A stretch of 64,000 bases of DNA from NCBI RefSeq assembly GCF_058153355.1, contig NZ_CM177019.1; one strand, given 5' to 3'. Positions 1-9,350 of this stretch are shown piece after piece. Every line of letters starts with the position of its first letter. Positions within the stretch are counted from its first letter, which is position 1. Position numbers and translations under genes: made by a program. The notes beneath the pieces are model-generated. The model had not been told where the DNA came from. It saw only the letters and a program-made list of their open reading frames with translations, and ran no database searches.

Positions 1-84
1 TGTTTACTCCTGATTAGCTATATGTATTTGGCGATGACTGAAATGCCATCGCAGCAAAACGCGTCCATTGAATATAGCCAATAT

Positions 85-1041
85 TTAAACCACCCGATCC
101 AGCCCCAACATGCCGCGAGCCTGAATGAAACAGAGCAGCAACGTTCCCCATAAGGCCATCGTCAGGTAGGGGCTTATCCCGAGAATATTGAAGCCGCTTT
201 CAATAATTTGCAGAAGAAACAGCGCCAGCACCATACCAATTATCCGCCCGCTGCCGCCGTCCGGATTAACCCCGCCAAGTACTGCCGCGAGGATTGACAC
301 CAGCAAGTACGATTCGCCATAAGAGGCCTTAGCCGAGTTGAGTTTCGACATCATCAAAAATGCCGCTACCGCACAAAGCAAGGCGGAAATGACATAAACC
401 CAAATCAGCACCCGACGAGTGTTAATGCCGGAGTAAAGTGTTGCTCGTTCGTTAGAACCAATCAGATAAATGGCTTTACCGAGCGGCGTTTTCTCCAGCA
501 ATACCCACAGTCCCAGTGCCACTGCGGCAAACAACCACATCGGTAGCGGAATACCGAACCATTGCGCATGATTCAACCACAGCACCCATGAGGGATAATT
601 GGCAATGGCGCTACCGCCTGTCACCAGAATATTTACCCCCTTGAGCAACGTCATCATCCCAAGCGTTGCAAGAATTGGCGACACTCGAATACCAGCAATC
701 AATACGCCGTTACATAAACCGATTATCACCGCCGCGCCAGCGCCCGCCAGCAGCGTAGCGACAACCGTAGCAATACCCGGTGGATACTGAGTCGCCACCC
801 ACGCCATCACCAGTGAACAGGCGTTAGCAGTGGCAATAATTGACAAGTTAATGCCACCGCAAAGCATGGTCACCGCCATAGCCAACGCCAGAATGCCCAG
901 CACGGGCATTTGCGAAGCGACGGACTGGAAATTACTTATCGACCAGAAAATCTCCGGCATAGTAATGCTGAAGGCGGCAACAGTTAGCACCAGCAGGCCG
1001 ATCAAGTAAAACTCAACGTTATTACGCCACGATTTTTTCAT
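85..1041 (-). CDS. Sugar ABC transporter permease (CUT2 ribose/AI-2 type, LsrD/YjfF-like)
   Basis: ORF 85..1071 is hydrophobic and multi-spanning. Likely start is the ATG at 1039-1041 (MKKSWRNN...), overlapping the upstream gene's TGA as ATGA (translational coupling). Fourth gene of a binding-protein/ATPase/permease/permease operon. Confidence 0.8.
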   Translation of the reverse strand: MKKSWRNNVEFYLIGLLVLTVAAFSITMPEIFWSISNFQSVASQMPVLGILALAMAVTMLCGGINLSIIATANACSLVMAWVATQYPPGIATVVATLLAGAGAAVIIGLCNGVLIAGIRVSPILATLGMMTLLKGVNILVTGGSAIANYPSWVLWLNHAQWFGIPLPMWLFAAVALGLWVLLEKTPLGKAIYLIGSNERATLYSGINTRRVLIWVYVISALLCAVAAFLMMSKLNSAKASYGESYLLVSILAAVLGGVNPDGGSGRIIGMVLALFLLQIIESGFNILGISPYLTMALWGTLLLCFIQARGMLGLDRVV

Positions 1042-2009
1042 AGCAGACTCCGGTTCTGATGCTGACTCCACGCCGTGGCGCTAATGCTGGCAACGATGAT
1101 GATGCCTGTGATCAATGTTTGCCAGTAAGACGAGACTCCCAATAAATTTAGCCCGTTTTGCATCACAGCCAACAACACCACGCCGAGCAAAGTACCGGTT
1201 AACGTGCCGCGCCCGCCGAGCAAACTAGTGCCGCCAAGCACCACCGCAGCCAGTACTGTCAGCTCATAACCCAGAAGAGAATCGGGGGCGACAGTCATCA
1301 CCGTCCACGACTGCACTACCCCCGCAGCACCAGACATCAATCCCATATAGCCGTAAACGAAAAGTTGCAGTTTCAGCACGCTAAAGCCGATGCGACTGGC
1401 TGATTCACGGTTCCCGCCAAGGGCATAAATTTTGCGCCCTACACTGGTGAAATTCATGATAAACGCTGTCAGCAGCACCACCGTAATCATGGCGATCAGC
1501 GGCAGACCAAGGCCATAGTCATAGCCGTCAACATCGGTGTACTTGAACAACATTACCCCCTGCTCAAACCACGGCGGAAAGTCGTACAGCCACACACCTT
1601 TACTCAACCATAACAGCAGGCCATAGAAAATATTCAGCGTCGAAATGGTGATGATGATAGAAGGCACCCGTAGGCGATTAACCAGTAAGGCGTTTATTAA
1701 GCCAAGTAAAATGCCGATGCCGCCCGCCAGGGCAAACGCGACAGCAAAGTTGCCACCCATTTTTTGCAGCAACAGCACCATGCCGTATTGCGCAATGATG
1801 GTCATTGCTGGAAACGAAATATCAATTCCACCGGAAATTAACACCACAAACAAACCACAGGCGAGAATAGTCAACATGGCATAGTTATTGGCGAGATCGT
1901 ACAAATTACCGAATGTCAGAAACTCGTCGCTGCGCCAGGCAAGGCCAACAAACAGCACTATAATCAGTAATGCCAGCCAGAATTCATGGCGTTTTTTCAG
2001 TTCAGCCAT
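1038..2009 (-). CDS. Sugar ABC transporter permease (CUT2 type, LsrC/RbsC-like)
   Basis: 323-aa hydrophobic ORF, 8-bp overlap with the upstream ATPase gene; typical RbsC-family composition. Confidence 0.8.
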   Translation of the reverse strand: MAELKKRHEFWLALLIIVLFVGLAWRSDEFLTFGNLYDLANNYAMLTILACGLFVVLISGGIDISFPAMTIIAQYGMVLLLQKMGGNFAVAFALAGGIGILLGLINALLVNRLRVPSIIITISTLNIFYGLLLWLSKGVWLYDFPPWFEQGVMLFKYTDVDGYDYGLGLPLIAMITVVLLTAFIMNFTSVGRKIYALGGNRESASRIGFSVLKLQLFVYGYMGLMSGAAGVVQSWTVMTVAPDSLLGYELTVLAAVVLGGTSLLGGRGTLTGTLLGVVLLAVMQNGLNLLGVSSYWQTLITGIIIVASISATAWSQHQNRSLL

Positions 2010-3501
2010 TTACCACCTCCGCAATCCTGGCCTGAGAACTGCTGTCAGGCAGGAAGCTATGGGTGATCTGACCTTTTTGCATTACCAAAATCCGGTGGCT
2101 TTGATACCACGCTTCTTCAATTTCATCGCAGATCATCAATACCGCAATGCCATGAGCCGCCAGATCGCTGATAATGCCGTATATTCCTGCTTTGTTGGCG
2201 ATATCAACACCGACAGTCGGGCTATCGAGAATCAACAGTCGTGGCCCAATCGCCAGCCATTTGGCGATCGATACTCGCTGCGCGTTACCCCCGGAAAGCG
2301 TATTCACCGGGAGATGTGGGTCAGAGACTTTGATGGTCAATGCCTTAATTAGCCTGTCCACCAGGTCACGCACTTTAGCTTCACTCAGAAAGCCGAAGCG
2401 ATCTTTTACCTTGTGAAAAACAGTGCTAATGATGTTGTCTTCAATAGATTGCGCCATCACCAAACCGCGCGACATGCGATCTTCCGAAACATAACCAATA
2501 CCGTGGCGGATGGCGTCCTGGTTACTATGCAGTGTAACCGGCTGACCGTTGATGAGGATCTCACCAGCATCCGGTCGGGTCATACCAAACAGACTCAGAC
2601 ATAATTCCGTGCGCCCCGCACCAAGCAGGCCAACAATCGACACCACTTCGCCCGCTTCCACCCGCAAGTTAATATTTTGATATTCCCCATGACGACTTAA
2701 ATTACGCACCTCCAGCACTGGGTTGCTGGATTTTCCCTGCCACAACTCTCGCACCTGATATTCAAACTCCTGGCCGGTCATCAGGAAACCGAGTTGTTTT
2801 GTGGTCATCTCTGCAGCCGGAAAGGTCCCGACCAGCTCACCATCTTTCAACACTGAAATACGGTCGGAAACTTCCATCACCTCTTCCAGACGATGACTGA
2901 CGAAGACCACGCAGATCCCGCGTTCCCGCAATTGATGCACCACCTGTAATAACCCTTGCACTTCCTGATGGGTCAGCGAAGCGGTTGGTTCATCCATCAC
3001 GATCAACCGTGCGTCCTGCGCCAGTGCACGGCAAATTGCCACCAGCTGACAGCGGGCAATTGAAAGCTCAGAAACGAGCGTATCCAGTGGCAATGTGACG
3101 TTAATACTGGTCATTGCCGCCTGCGCCACCTCACGCAGACGACGTCGGTTAACAAACAGACCGTGGTGATAGTGATTCACGGCGATATTCTCCCAGACAC
3201 TCAGGTTAGGAAATAAAGAGAGGTCCTGATAAATCACCTGAATCCCCTGCGCCACCGAAGCGGCGGGTGTCAGCTTTGACCAGTTTTTCCCACCAAGCGT
3301 AATTTCCGCCCCCTCATCCGGGCGATAAACACCGGACATAATTTTAATCAACGTCGATTTACCACAGCCGTTTTGCCCGGCAAGGCAGTGCACCTCACCC
3401 GACATAAAGTCGAGAGAAACATCGCGCAGCGCTCGCGTGGCATGAAACGTTTTGTTGATATGACGAAGGGAAAGGAAGGTTTCCATAGCATCCCCTGGCA
3501 A
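2002..3501 (-). CDS. Sugar ABC transporter ATP-binding protein with two nucleotide-binding domains (RbsA/LsrA-like)
   Basis: 499 aa with two Walker A motifs (GQNGCGKST and GLLGAGRTE) and LSGG signature. An alternative start at METFLSL (3486) is possible. Confidence 0.85.
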   Translation of the reverse strand: MPGDAMETFLSLRHINKTFHATRALRDVSLDFMSGEVHCLAGQNGCGKSTLIKIMSGVYRPDEGAEITLGGKNWSKLTPAASVAQGIQVIYQDLSLFPNLSVWENIAVNHYHHGLFVNRRRLREVAQAAMTSINVTLPLDTLVSELSIARCQLVAICRALAQDARLIVMDEPTASLTHQEVQGLLQVVHQLRERGICVVFVSHRLEEVMEVSDRISVLKDGELVGTFPAAEMTTKQLGFLMTGQEFEYQVRELWQGKSSNPVLEVRNLSRHGEYQNINLRVEAGEVVSIVGLLGAGRTELCLSLFGMTRPDAGEILINGQPVTLHSNQDAIRHGIGYVSEDRMSRGLVMAQSIEDNIISTVFHKVKDRFGFLSEAKVRDLVDRLIKALTIKVSDPHLPVNTLSGGNAQRVSIAKWLAIGPRLLILDSPTVGVDIANKAGIYGIISDLAAHGIAVLMICDEIEEAWYQSHRILVMQKGQITHSFLPDSSSQARIAEVVNG

Positions 3502-3534
3502 TAAGAATCGGGGCTTTCGCCCCGAAGAAATGGA

Positions 3535-4521
3535 TTAATAAAGTGAGTCAATATTGTCTTTGTTGACCAGTAATACCTTATGGAAACGGATAATTCGCTT
3601 ATCCATATCTACGTCGGCCTTACCGAGATTCTCCATTTCTAATCCAGGTTTGATCTCTTCACCCTTCAGCAACGTGCTGGCGACGGCCGCGAGTGCGTAA
3701 CCTGCAGAGGCCGGATCGTAAGTAATCCCTTCGGTGATATCACCACTTTTAATCAGTGATGCCGCCTGTGAAGGGATCATCATGCCATAGACTGCGACTT
3801 TATTTTTCGCCCGTTTCTCTTTCACCGCACGTCCCGCGCCAATCGGACCGTTTGAACCAAAGGAGACAACCGCTTTCAAGTCAGGATAGGTTTTCATCAG
3901 GTCCAGTGTGGTACGACGTGAGTCATCCACACTCTCGGCAACCGGCATGCGGCGGGTAACTTCATGCATATCCGGGTAATGCTCTTTCTGGTATTTCACC
4001 AGCAAGTCAGCCCATAAGTTATGCTGCGGCACGGTCAAACTACCCACGTAAATCACATAGCCGCCCTTGCCACCCATGCGTTTCGCCATATGTTCAACAT
4101 ATTCAGCGGCAAATTTTTCGTTATCAATGATTTCGATATCCCAGTTAGCACTTGGCTGACCGGGGGATTCGTTGGTCAGAACCACAATTCCGGCATCTCG
4201 CGCTTTTTTGAATACCGGTTCCAGCACGTTGGCATCGTTTGGTACAATTGTAATTGCATTAACCTTACGGGCGATTAAATCCTCAATGATTTTAACCTGT
4301 TGCGGAGCATCAGTACTTGAAGGCCCCACCGGTGACGCATTAACACCAAAGGCTTTACCCGCCTCGACCACACCTTCGCCCATGCGATTAAACCACGGCA
4401 TACCATCGACTTTCGAGATATTCACCACGACTTTTTCCGCTGCCTGGAGCGGCGCAGAAATTAGCGCAGCGCCTAATAACAGCGAAGACACCATATTGAT
4501 AACAAAACGTTTATTCATCAT
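3535..4521 (-). CDS. Periplasmic sugar-binding protein (LsrB/RbsB-like, PBP type I)
   Basis: 328 aa with N-terminal signal peptide (LLLGAALISAPLQAAEK). Resembles LsrB in my recollection, including the C-terminal NKDNID motif. First gene of the operon on the minus strand. Confidence 0.85.
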   Translation of the reverse strand: MMNKRFVINMVSSLLLGAALISAPLQAAEKVVVNISKVDGMPWFNRMGEGVVEAGKAFGVNASPVGPSSTDAPQQVKIIEDLIARKVNAITIVPNDANVLEPVFKKARDAGIVVLTNESPGQPSANWDIEIIDNEKFAAEYVEHMAKRMGGKGGYVIYVGSLTVPQHNLWADLLVKYQKEHYPDMHEVTRRMPVAESVDDSRRTTLDLMKTYPDLKAVVSFGSNGPIGAGRAVKEKRAKNKVAVYGMMIPSQAASLIKSGDITEGITYDPASAGYALAAVASTLLKGEEIKPGLEMENLGKADVDMDKRIIRFHKVLLVNKDNIDSLY

Positions 4522-4772
4522 TTCAGCCTCATTGCAGGGTAGTCAGGAAGTGTTCGCCCAAATTAGCGCGCTGGAGAGAATAAGAATTTTTGAATATTTT
4601 TATGCAGAATAAACAGCCCTATTTCAGGCAGCTATTAAAAATTTGGTTATAAATATGGACAAAACGGGCAGTAACAATAAGTGATGACAATCATCACGTA
4701 AAAAATAGCAAAATAAACAAAATTAGCGATACTTTATGTTTGTGAGCTTATTTCGCGTAGAAAAATAGTTAT

Positions 4773-4898
4773 CTACACAATGTCAATAAGGGCATATTCT
4801 TCAAAGATAACGTCCATTTCGGGTGAATAGCATCCTTCTGCCTGGAAAAAACGACGGTGTTCATTGCGCCAATATTCAAGACTGAGGTCACCTTCACC
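4773..4898 (-). pseudogene. 3' remnant of an ASCH-like small gene split by the IS66-family insertion
   Basis: Removing the IS and one copy of the 8-bp duplication joins 7368..7660 in frame to this segment (..KEGEG-DLSLEYWRNEHRRFFQAEGCYSPEMDVIFEEYALIDIV, stop at 4773-4775), giving about 130 aa. The ASCH assignment itself is tentative. Confidence 0.6.
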
Positions 4899-4973
4899 GT
4901 AAGCGTCTTATCAGGACCGTCTGGCAAATTCCCGATGCTTTGGACAAAGTATCCACCACTAAATTAATAGTGG

Positions 4974-5402
4974 GTGATAAAAATGTCAGATATACAAAAA
5001 AATGCCTCTCCGGGAAGGCCTAAAGGGTGCCTGAATTATCCTCCTGAATTCAAACAACGACTCATAGAAGCATCATTCCAGCCAGGTGTTTCAATTTCCA
5101 GACTGGCCCTGGACAATGGTATTAATGCCAATCTGTTGTTCAAATGGCGTCAGAAATGGCGGCAGGGGAAGATAAAATTGCCATCATCAGAATCAGGCAG
5201 AGAATCTCAGTTAATTCCTGTCACTATTGATGCCCAACTCCCAACTGCTCCGGCTAATGAGCCACTGACCGCAAGACCGTCAGTAACACCGGAAATACAC
5301 AGCATCTCCTGTGAGATTACGTTCAGAAACGGCACCCTTCGGTTGAACGGGGCAGTGAATGAAAATCTGCTGTCCTTGCTTATACAGGAGCTGAGACGGT
5401 GA
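4974..5402 (+). CDS. IS66-family accessory protein TnpA (orf1)
   Basis: 142 aa, helix-turn-helix-like N-terminus; first ORF of the IS66 triad, 4-bp overlap with orf2. Confidence 0.85.
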   Translation: MIKMSDIQKNASPGRPKGCLNYPPEFKQRLIEASFQPGVSISRLALDNGINANLLFKWRQKWRQGKIKLPSSESGRESQLIPVTIDAQLPTAPANEPLTARPSVTPEIHSISCEITFRNGTLRLNGAVNENLLSLLIQELRR

Positions 5403-5746
5403 TATCTCTCCCTGCAGGTTCGCGTATCTGGCTGGTTGCAGGTATCACCGATATGCGAAATGGCTTTAACGGCCTGGCCTCAAAAGTTCAGAACGTCCTG
5501 AAGGATGACCCGTTCTCCGGGCATCTGTTCATCTTCCGCGGACGCCGGGGTGACCAGATAAAAGTGTTGTGGGCTGACAGTGACGGACTGTGCCTCTTCA
5601 CCAGACGCCTGGAGCGGGGCCGCTTCGTCTGGCCGGTCACCCGTGACGGCAAGGTGCACCTTACTCCGGCCCAGTTATCCATGCTTCTTGAGGGCATCGA
5701 CTGGAAACACCCGAAACGAACGGAACGCGCTGGCATCCGCATATAA
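5399..5746 (+). CDS. IS66-family accessory protein TnpB (orf2)
   Basis: 115 aa, conserved IS66 Orf2 sequence (..LFIFRGRRGDQIKVLWADSDGLCLFTRRLERGRF..). Confidence 0.85.
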   Translation: MISLPAGSRIWLVAGITDMRNGFNGLASKVQNVLKDDPFSGHLFIFRGRRGDQIKVLWADSDGLCLFTRRLERGRFVWPVTRDGKVHLTPAQLSMLLEGIDWKHPKRTERAGIRI

Positions 5747-5765
5747 CCCGTTGTAAAGTGAGGAT

Positions 5766-7337
5766 ATGGACACCTCACTTGCTCATGAGAATGCCCGCCT
5801 GCGGGCACTGTTGCAGACGCAACAGGACACCATCCGCCAGATGGCGAAATACAACCGCCTGCTCTCACAGCGGGTGGCGGCTTATGCTTCCGAAATCAAC
5901 CGGCTGAAGGCGCTGGTTGCAAAACTGCAGCGCATGCAGTTCGGTAAAAGCTCAGAAAAACTTCGTGCAAAAACCGAACGGCAGATACAGGAAGCACAGG
6001 AGCGAATCAGCGCTCTTCAGGAAGAAATGGCGGAAACGCTGGGTGAGCAATATGACCCGGTACTGCCATCTCCCCTGCGCCAGTCTTCAGCCCGTAAACC
6101 GTTACCTGCCTCACTTCCCCGTGAAACCCGGGTCATCCGTCCGGAAGAGGAATGCTGCCCGGCCTGTGGTGGCGAACTCAGTTCTCTGGGATGTGATGTG
6201 TCAGAGCAACTGGAGCTTATCAGCAGCGCCTTTAAGGTTATCGAAACACAACGTCCGAAACTGGCCTGTTGCCGGTGCGACCATATCGTGCAGGCTCCGG
6301 TGCCTTCAAAACCCATTGCACGCAGTTATGCCGGAGCGGGGCTTCTGGCCCATGTTGTCGCTGGAAAATATGCAGACCATCTGCCGTTATACCGCCAGTC
6401 AGAAATATACCGTCGTCAGGGCGTGGAGCTGAGCCGTGCCACACTGGGGCGCTGGACAGGTGCTGTTGCTGAACTGCTGGAACCGCTGTATGACATCCTG
6501 CGCCAGTATGTGCTGATGCCCGGTAAAGTCCATGCCGATGATATCCCCGTTCCGGTCCAGGAGCCGGGCAGCGGTAAAACAAGGACTGCCCGGCTGTGGG
6601 TCTACGTTCGTGATGACCGTAACGCCGGTTCGGAAATGCCTCCGGCGGTCTGGTTCGCGTACAGCCCGGACCGGAAAGGTATCCATCCACAGAATCATCT
6701 GGCCGGTTACAGCGGAGTGCTTCAGGCCGATGCTTACGGTGGTTACCGGGCGTTGTACGAATCCGGCAGAATAACGGAAGCCGCATGTATGGCTCATGCC
6801 CGGAGAAAAATCCACGATGTGCATGCAAGAGTGCCCACCGACATCACCACGGAAGCCCTGCAGCGTATCGGTGAACTGTATGCCATCGAGGCAGAGGTCC
6901 GGGGCTGTTCAGCAGAACAGCGTCTGGCGGCAAGAAAAGCCAGAGCCGCGCCACTGATGCAGTCACTGTATGACTGGATACAGCAACAGATGAAAACACT
7001 GTCGCGTCACTCGGACACGGCAAAAGCGTTCGCATACCTGCTGAAACAGTGGGATGCACTGAACGTGTACTGCAGTAATGGCTGGGTGGAAATCGACAAC
7101 AACATCGCAGAGAACGCCTTACGGGGAGTGGCCGTAGGCCGGAAAAACTGGCTCTTCGCGGGTTCTGACAGCGGTGGTGAACATGCTGCGGTGTTGTACT
7201 CGCTGATCGGCACATGCCGTCTGAACAATGTGGAGCCAGAAAAGTGGCTGCGTTACGTCATTGAACATATCCAGGACTGGCCGGCAAACCGGGTACGCGA
7301 TCTGTTGCCCTGGAAAGTTGATCTGAGCTCTCAGTAA
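5766..7337 (+). CDS. IS66-family transposase TnpC (orf3)
   Basis: 523 aa with N-terminal coiled-coil, CxxC...CxxC zinc-finger-like segment and DDE-type core; ends 30 bp before the right IR. Confidence 0.9.
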   Translation: MDTSLAHENARLRALLQTQQDTIRQMAKYNRLLSQRVAAYASEINRLKALVAKLQRMQFGKSSEKLRAKTERQIQEAQERISALQEEMAETLGEQYDPVLPSPLRQSSARKPLPASLPRETRVIRPEEECCPACGGELSSLGCDVSEQLELISSAFKVIETQRPKLACCRCDHIVQAPVPSKPIARSYAGAGLLAHVVAGKYADHLPLYRQSEIYRRQGVELSRATLGRWTGAVAELLEPLYDILRQYVLMPGKVHADDIPVPVQEPGSGKTRTARLWVYVRDDRNAGSEMPPAVWFAYSPDRKGIHPQNHLAGYSGVLQADAYGGYRALYESGRITEAACMAHARRKIHDVHARVPTDITTEALQRIGELYAIEAEVRGCSAEQRLAARKARAAPLMQSLYDWIQQQMKTLSRHSDTAKAFAYLLKQWDALNVYCSNGWVEIDNNIAENALRGVAVGRKNWLFAGSDSGGEHAAVLYSLIGTCRLNNVEPEKWLRYVIEHIQDWPANRVRDLLPWKVDLSSQ

Positions 7338-7367
7338 ATATCAATACGGTTCTGGCGAGCCGCTTAC

Positions 7368-7660
7368 CCTTCACCTTCCTTACGGGCAATCTCTTCGGTG
7401 ACATCAGAAAAGCGCAGTAAATGCAGGCCAATAACTCTGATAACACACACAGGCTCACCACGGCTATTTTCTACAATCTTATACTCACCAATCATCGGAA
7501 ATGCTTTGTCTTCAATACATCCTGCCAGCGAACCACAGGAAGCAGTTTTAACACCAGTTGCAATCAACGTTGCGAGGTAATCGGCCAACGCTGCTGAATC
7601 GCCAAAACTACAAAAGGAAGCATGGGGATATTTTTGTGAGATTTTTTCTTTTATGGTCAT
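7368..7660 (-). pseudogene. 5' portion of the IS66-disrupted ASCH-like gene
   Basis: 98-aa ORF whose stop codon (7364-7366) is supplied by the IS terminal repeat; the reading frame continues into 4773..4898 once the IS is removed. Confidence 0.6.
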
Positions 7661-7957
7661 GAGAATATTTTCGCGATTACGGAAAAAAAATCACATCTTA
7701 ATTACTGTTGATAACCATCAGCAAGAGGATCATTGGTTTTTCTATGTTTAATCTTTTTTATCCGAAGCAGGTCACATTTATGGCTTGATAAATACCTTTG
7801 TTAAAACTCACTTTTGTGTATTTCTCTCAAATAATCCCCTGGAAATTATGCCGGGAGATTATAAAGTTCAGGAGCATTCATTAACAAACCATTCCCGCCC
7901 CACTCCCTGGGGCTTAAATCTCTTACTATTCACCGTTGCAGACGTTTCAAATTCGTA

Positions 7958-8168
7958 TCAACCTGCCACACTTCCCCACACCAGTTGCCCTTTATGGAAC
8001 GTTGCGGTACATGGCGAAATACGCGCCACCGCCTCGGCGGAACAGGAGGCGTCCACCAGCACAAAGCTGGCGTCATCCTGCGCTTTTGGCCAAACACGCT
8101 CGCCTTTTTCATTGAGCGGCAATACATCGCCAGTGGCTAAAAACAGCGAGCGGGATAAATTCTGTTCG
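7958..8168 (-). other. yahJ: Out-of-frame C-terminal coding segment of yahJ (displaced by a +1 frameshift)
   Basis: The +1 frame immediately downstream of the yahJ stop encodes 70 aa (NEQNLSRSLFLATGDVLPLNEKGERVWPKAQDDASFVLVDASCSAEAVARISPCTATFHKGQLVWGSVAG) resembling the C-terminal beta-sandwich of amidohydrolases. 390 + 70 = 460 aa matches my recollection of the K-12 YahJ length. Confidence 0.6.
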
Positions 8169-9341
8169 TTAGGGCGAATTATAGAGCTGCGCGTACAGAT
8201 TGGCTTTTTCCAGCATGTCGCCCAGGCCGTAAGGCGACCAGTGGTCGATAACGCTGTCAGTTCCGGTCATCACTTTTACGCCTTTGTCGTGCAACTGTTT
8301 AAGCGGCATATGCAGCGTGCCAATCGGCACCGTCGAGGCGATCGAGATTTGCTGCGCCGCCATCCGGTTCGCCAGTTCATCTACCTGTTGCTCATTGAGC
8401 GTTGCCAGCGCAAAGGCGTGGCTGATAGTCAGTTTGCCTTTTAATTGCGGCGTTTTTTCCACTGTTTCAACCATATAATTGATGGCCGCCACGCCTGCCG
8501 GAGTGGTTTCATGCAGATGAATATCGACGCCTTTGTCGTAGTCCAGCGCAATCTGGAACATGGTGTCGAGGGATTTTTCCATCGCGCCATCGACACTGGT
8601 TGGGTCCAGCCCGCCAACGTAATGCGCGCCTGCCTGCATTGCTTCACGCATCAAGGGTTCCGATTTCGACAGCAGCAAACCGTGCTGCGGGAAGGCGACG
8701 ATTTCACAATCGAAGCCCGCCTGACGTCGCGCCAGCACCGCCTGCAAATTTTGCAGATTTTTCAGGCCGGAAACCGGTTCGATATTGCAGTGACTGCGGG
8801 CAATGGTGGTGCCTTTCGACTGCAATAGTTCGATCAGTTTTTCCGCCCGCTCCTGCGTGTACGGTTGTAACTCCGGCAGCATTTTCTGCTCGAGTTTGAT
8901 CATGTCCTGGATGGTGGTGCCTGCCGGGCGATTGAGCGAGCGCCAAGGCCCGCCGTAAAAGGTTTTGTCGAGATGAATATGCATGTCGCGGGTGGTGGGC
9001 AGCATCAGCTTACCGCCAGCGTCATAGTGCGGCAGCGTGGCGTCCGGATGCTGCTTGTTCTCGCGCAGGGTAACAATTTTGCCGTTCTGAATCTCTACGG
9101 TCTGGCGCGCCGTGCGGGTCTGCACCGCCATGCCATTTTCATAGTCAAAACCGGTTTCCAGCAGCACGTTATCGAGATAGTAATGCGGGTCAGTGATTTT
9201 CATGGTGTTATTCGCGTCGCAGTGGGTGGTGCCAGAGACTGCCGCATGGGCGAGCGGCACAGAAGTACCAAACAGCGCGGCGGCGGTGACCATCTTACCG
9301 CTCTGGCTCAAAAACTCACGACGGCTATTGTTTTCTTTCAT
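8169..9341 (-). CDS. yahJ: Tat-exported metal-dependent amidohydrolase/deaminase YahJ, truncated to 390 aa by a 3' frameshift
   Basis: Twin-arginine signal (SRREFLSQSG...AHA) and amidohydrolase motifs (HIHLDK, DxHLHE, GTDS). Position next to yahI matches K-12 order. The ORF ends early; see the 7958..8168 segment. Confidence 0.8.
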   Translation of the reverse strand: MKENNSRREFLSQSGKMVTAAALFGTSVPLAHAAVSGTTHCDANNTMKITDPHYYLDNVLLETGFDYENGMAVQTRTARQTVEIQNGKIVTLRENKQHPDATLPHYDAGGKLMLPTTRDMHIHLDKTFYGGPWRSLNRPAGTTIQDMIKLEQKMLPELQPYTQERAEKLIELLQSKGTTIARSHCNIEPVSGLKNLQNLQAVLARRQAGFDCEIVAFPQHGLLLSKSEPLMREAMQAGAHYVGGLDPTSVDGAMEKSLDTMFQIALDYDKGVDIHLHETTPAGVAAINYMVETVEKTPQLKGKLTISHAFALATLNEQQVDELANRMAAQQISIASTVPIGTLHMPLKQLHDKGVKVMTGTDSVIDHWSPYGLGDMLEKANLYAQLYNSP

Positions 9342-9350
9342 CTTACGTCC

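Larger units (their letters stand above)
4899..7367 (+). mobile_element. IS66-family insertion sequence (ISEc8/IS682-like), about 2.47 kb
   Basis: Imperfect terminal inverted repeats starting GTAAGCG (left 4899-, right ends ..CGCTTAC at 7361-7367), flanked by an 8-bp direct repeat CCTTCACC (4891-4898 and 7368-7375). Carries the typical three-ORF IS66 arrangement. Confidence 0.9.

Noticed and set aside
7958-8168. Initial reading that yahJ has an in-frame stop followed by in-frame continuation
   Set aside because: Codon-by-codon indexing shows the 70-aa continuation is in the +1 frame, not in frame; the lesion is a frameshift.
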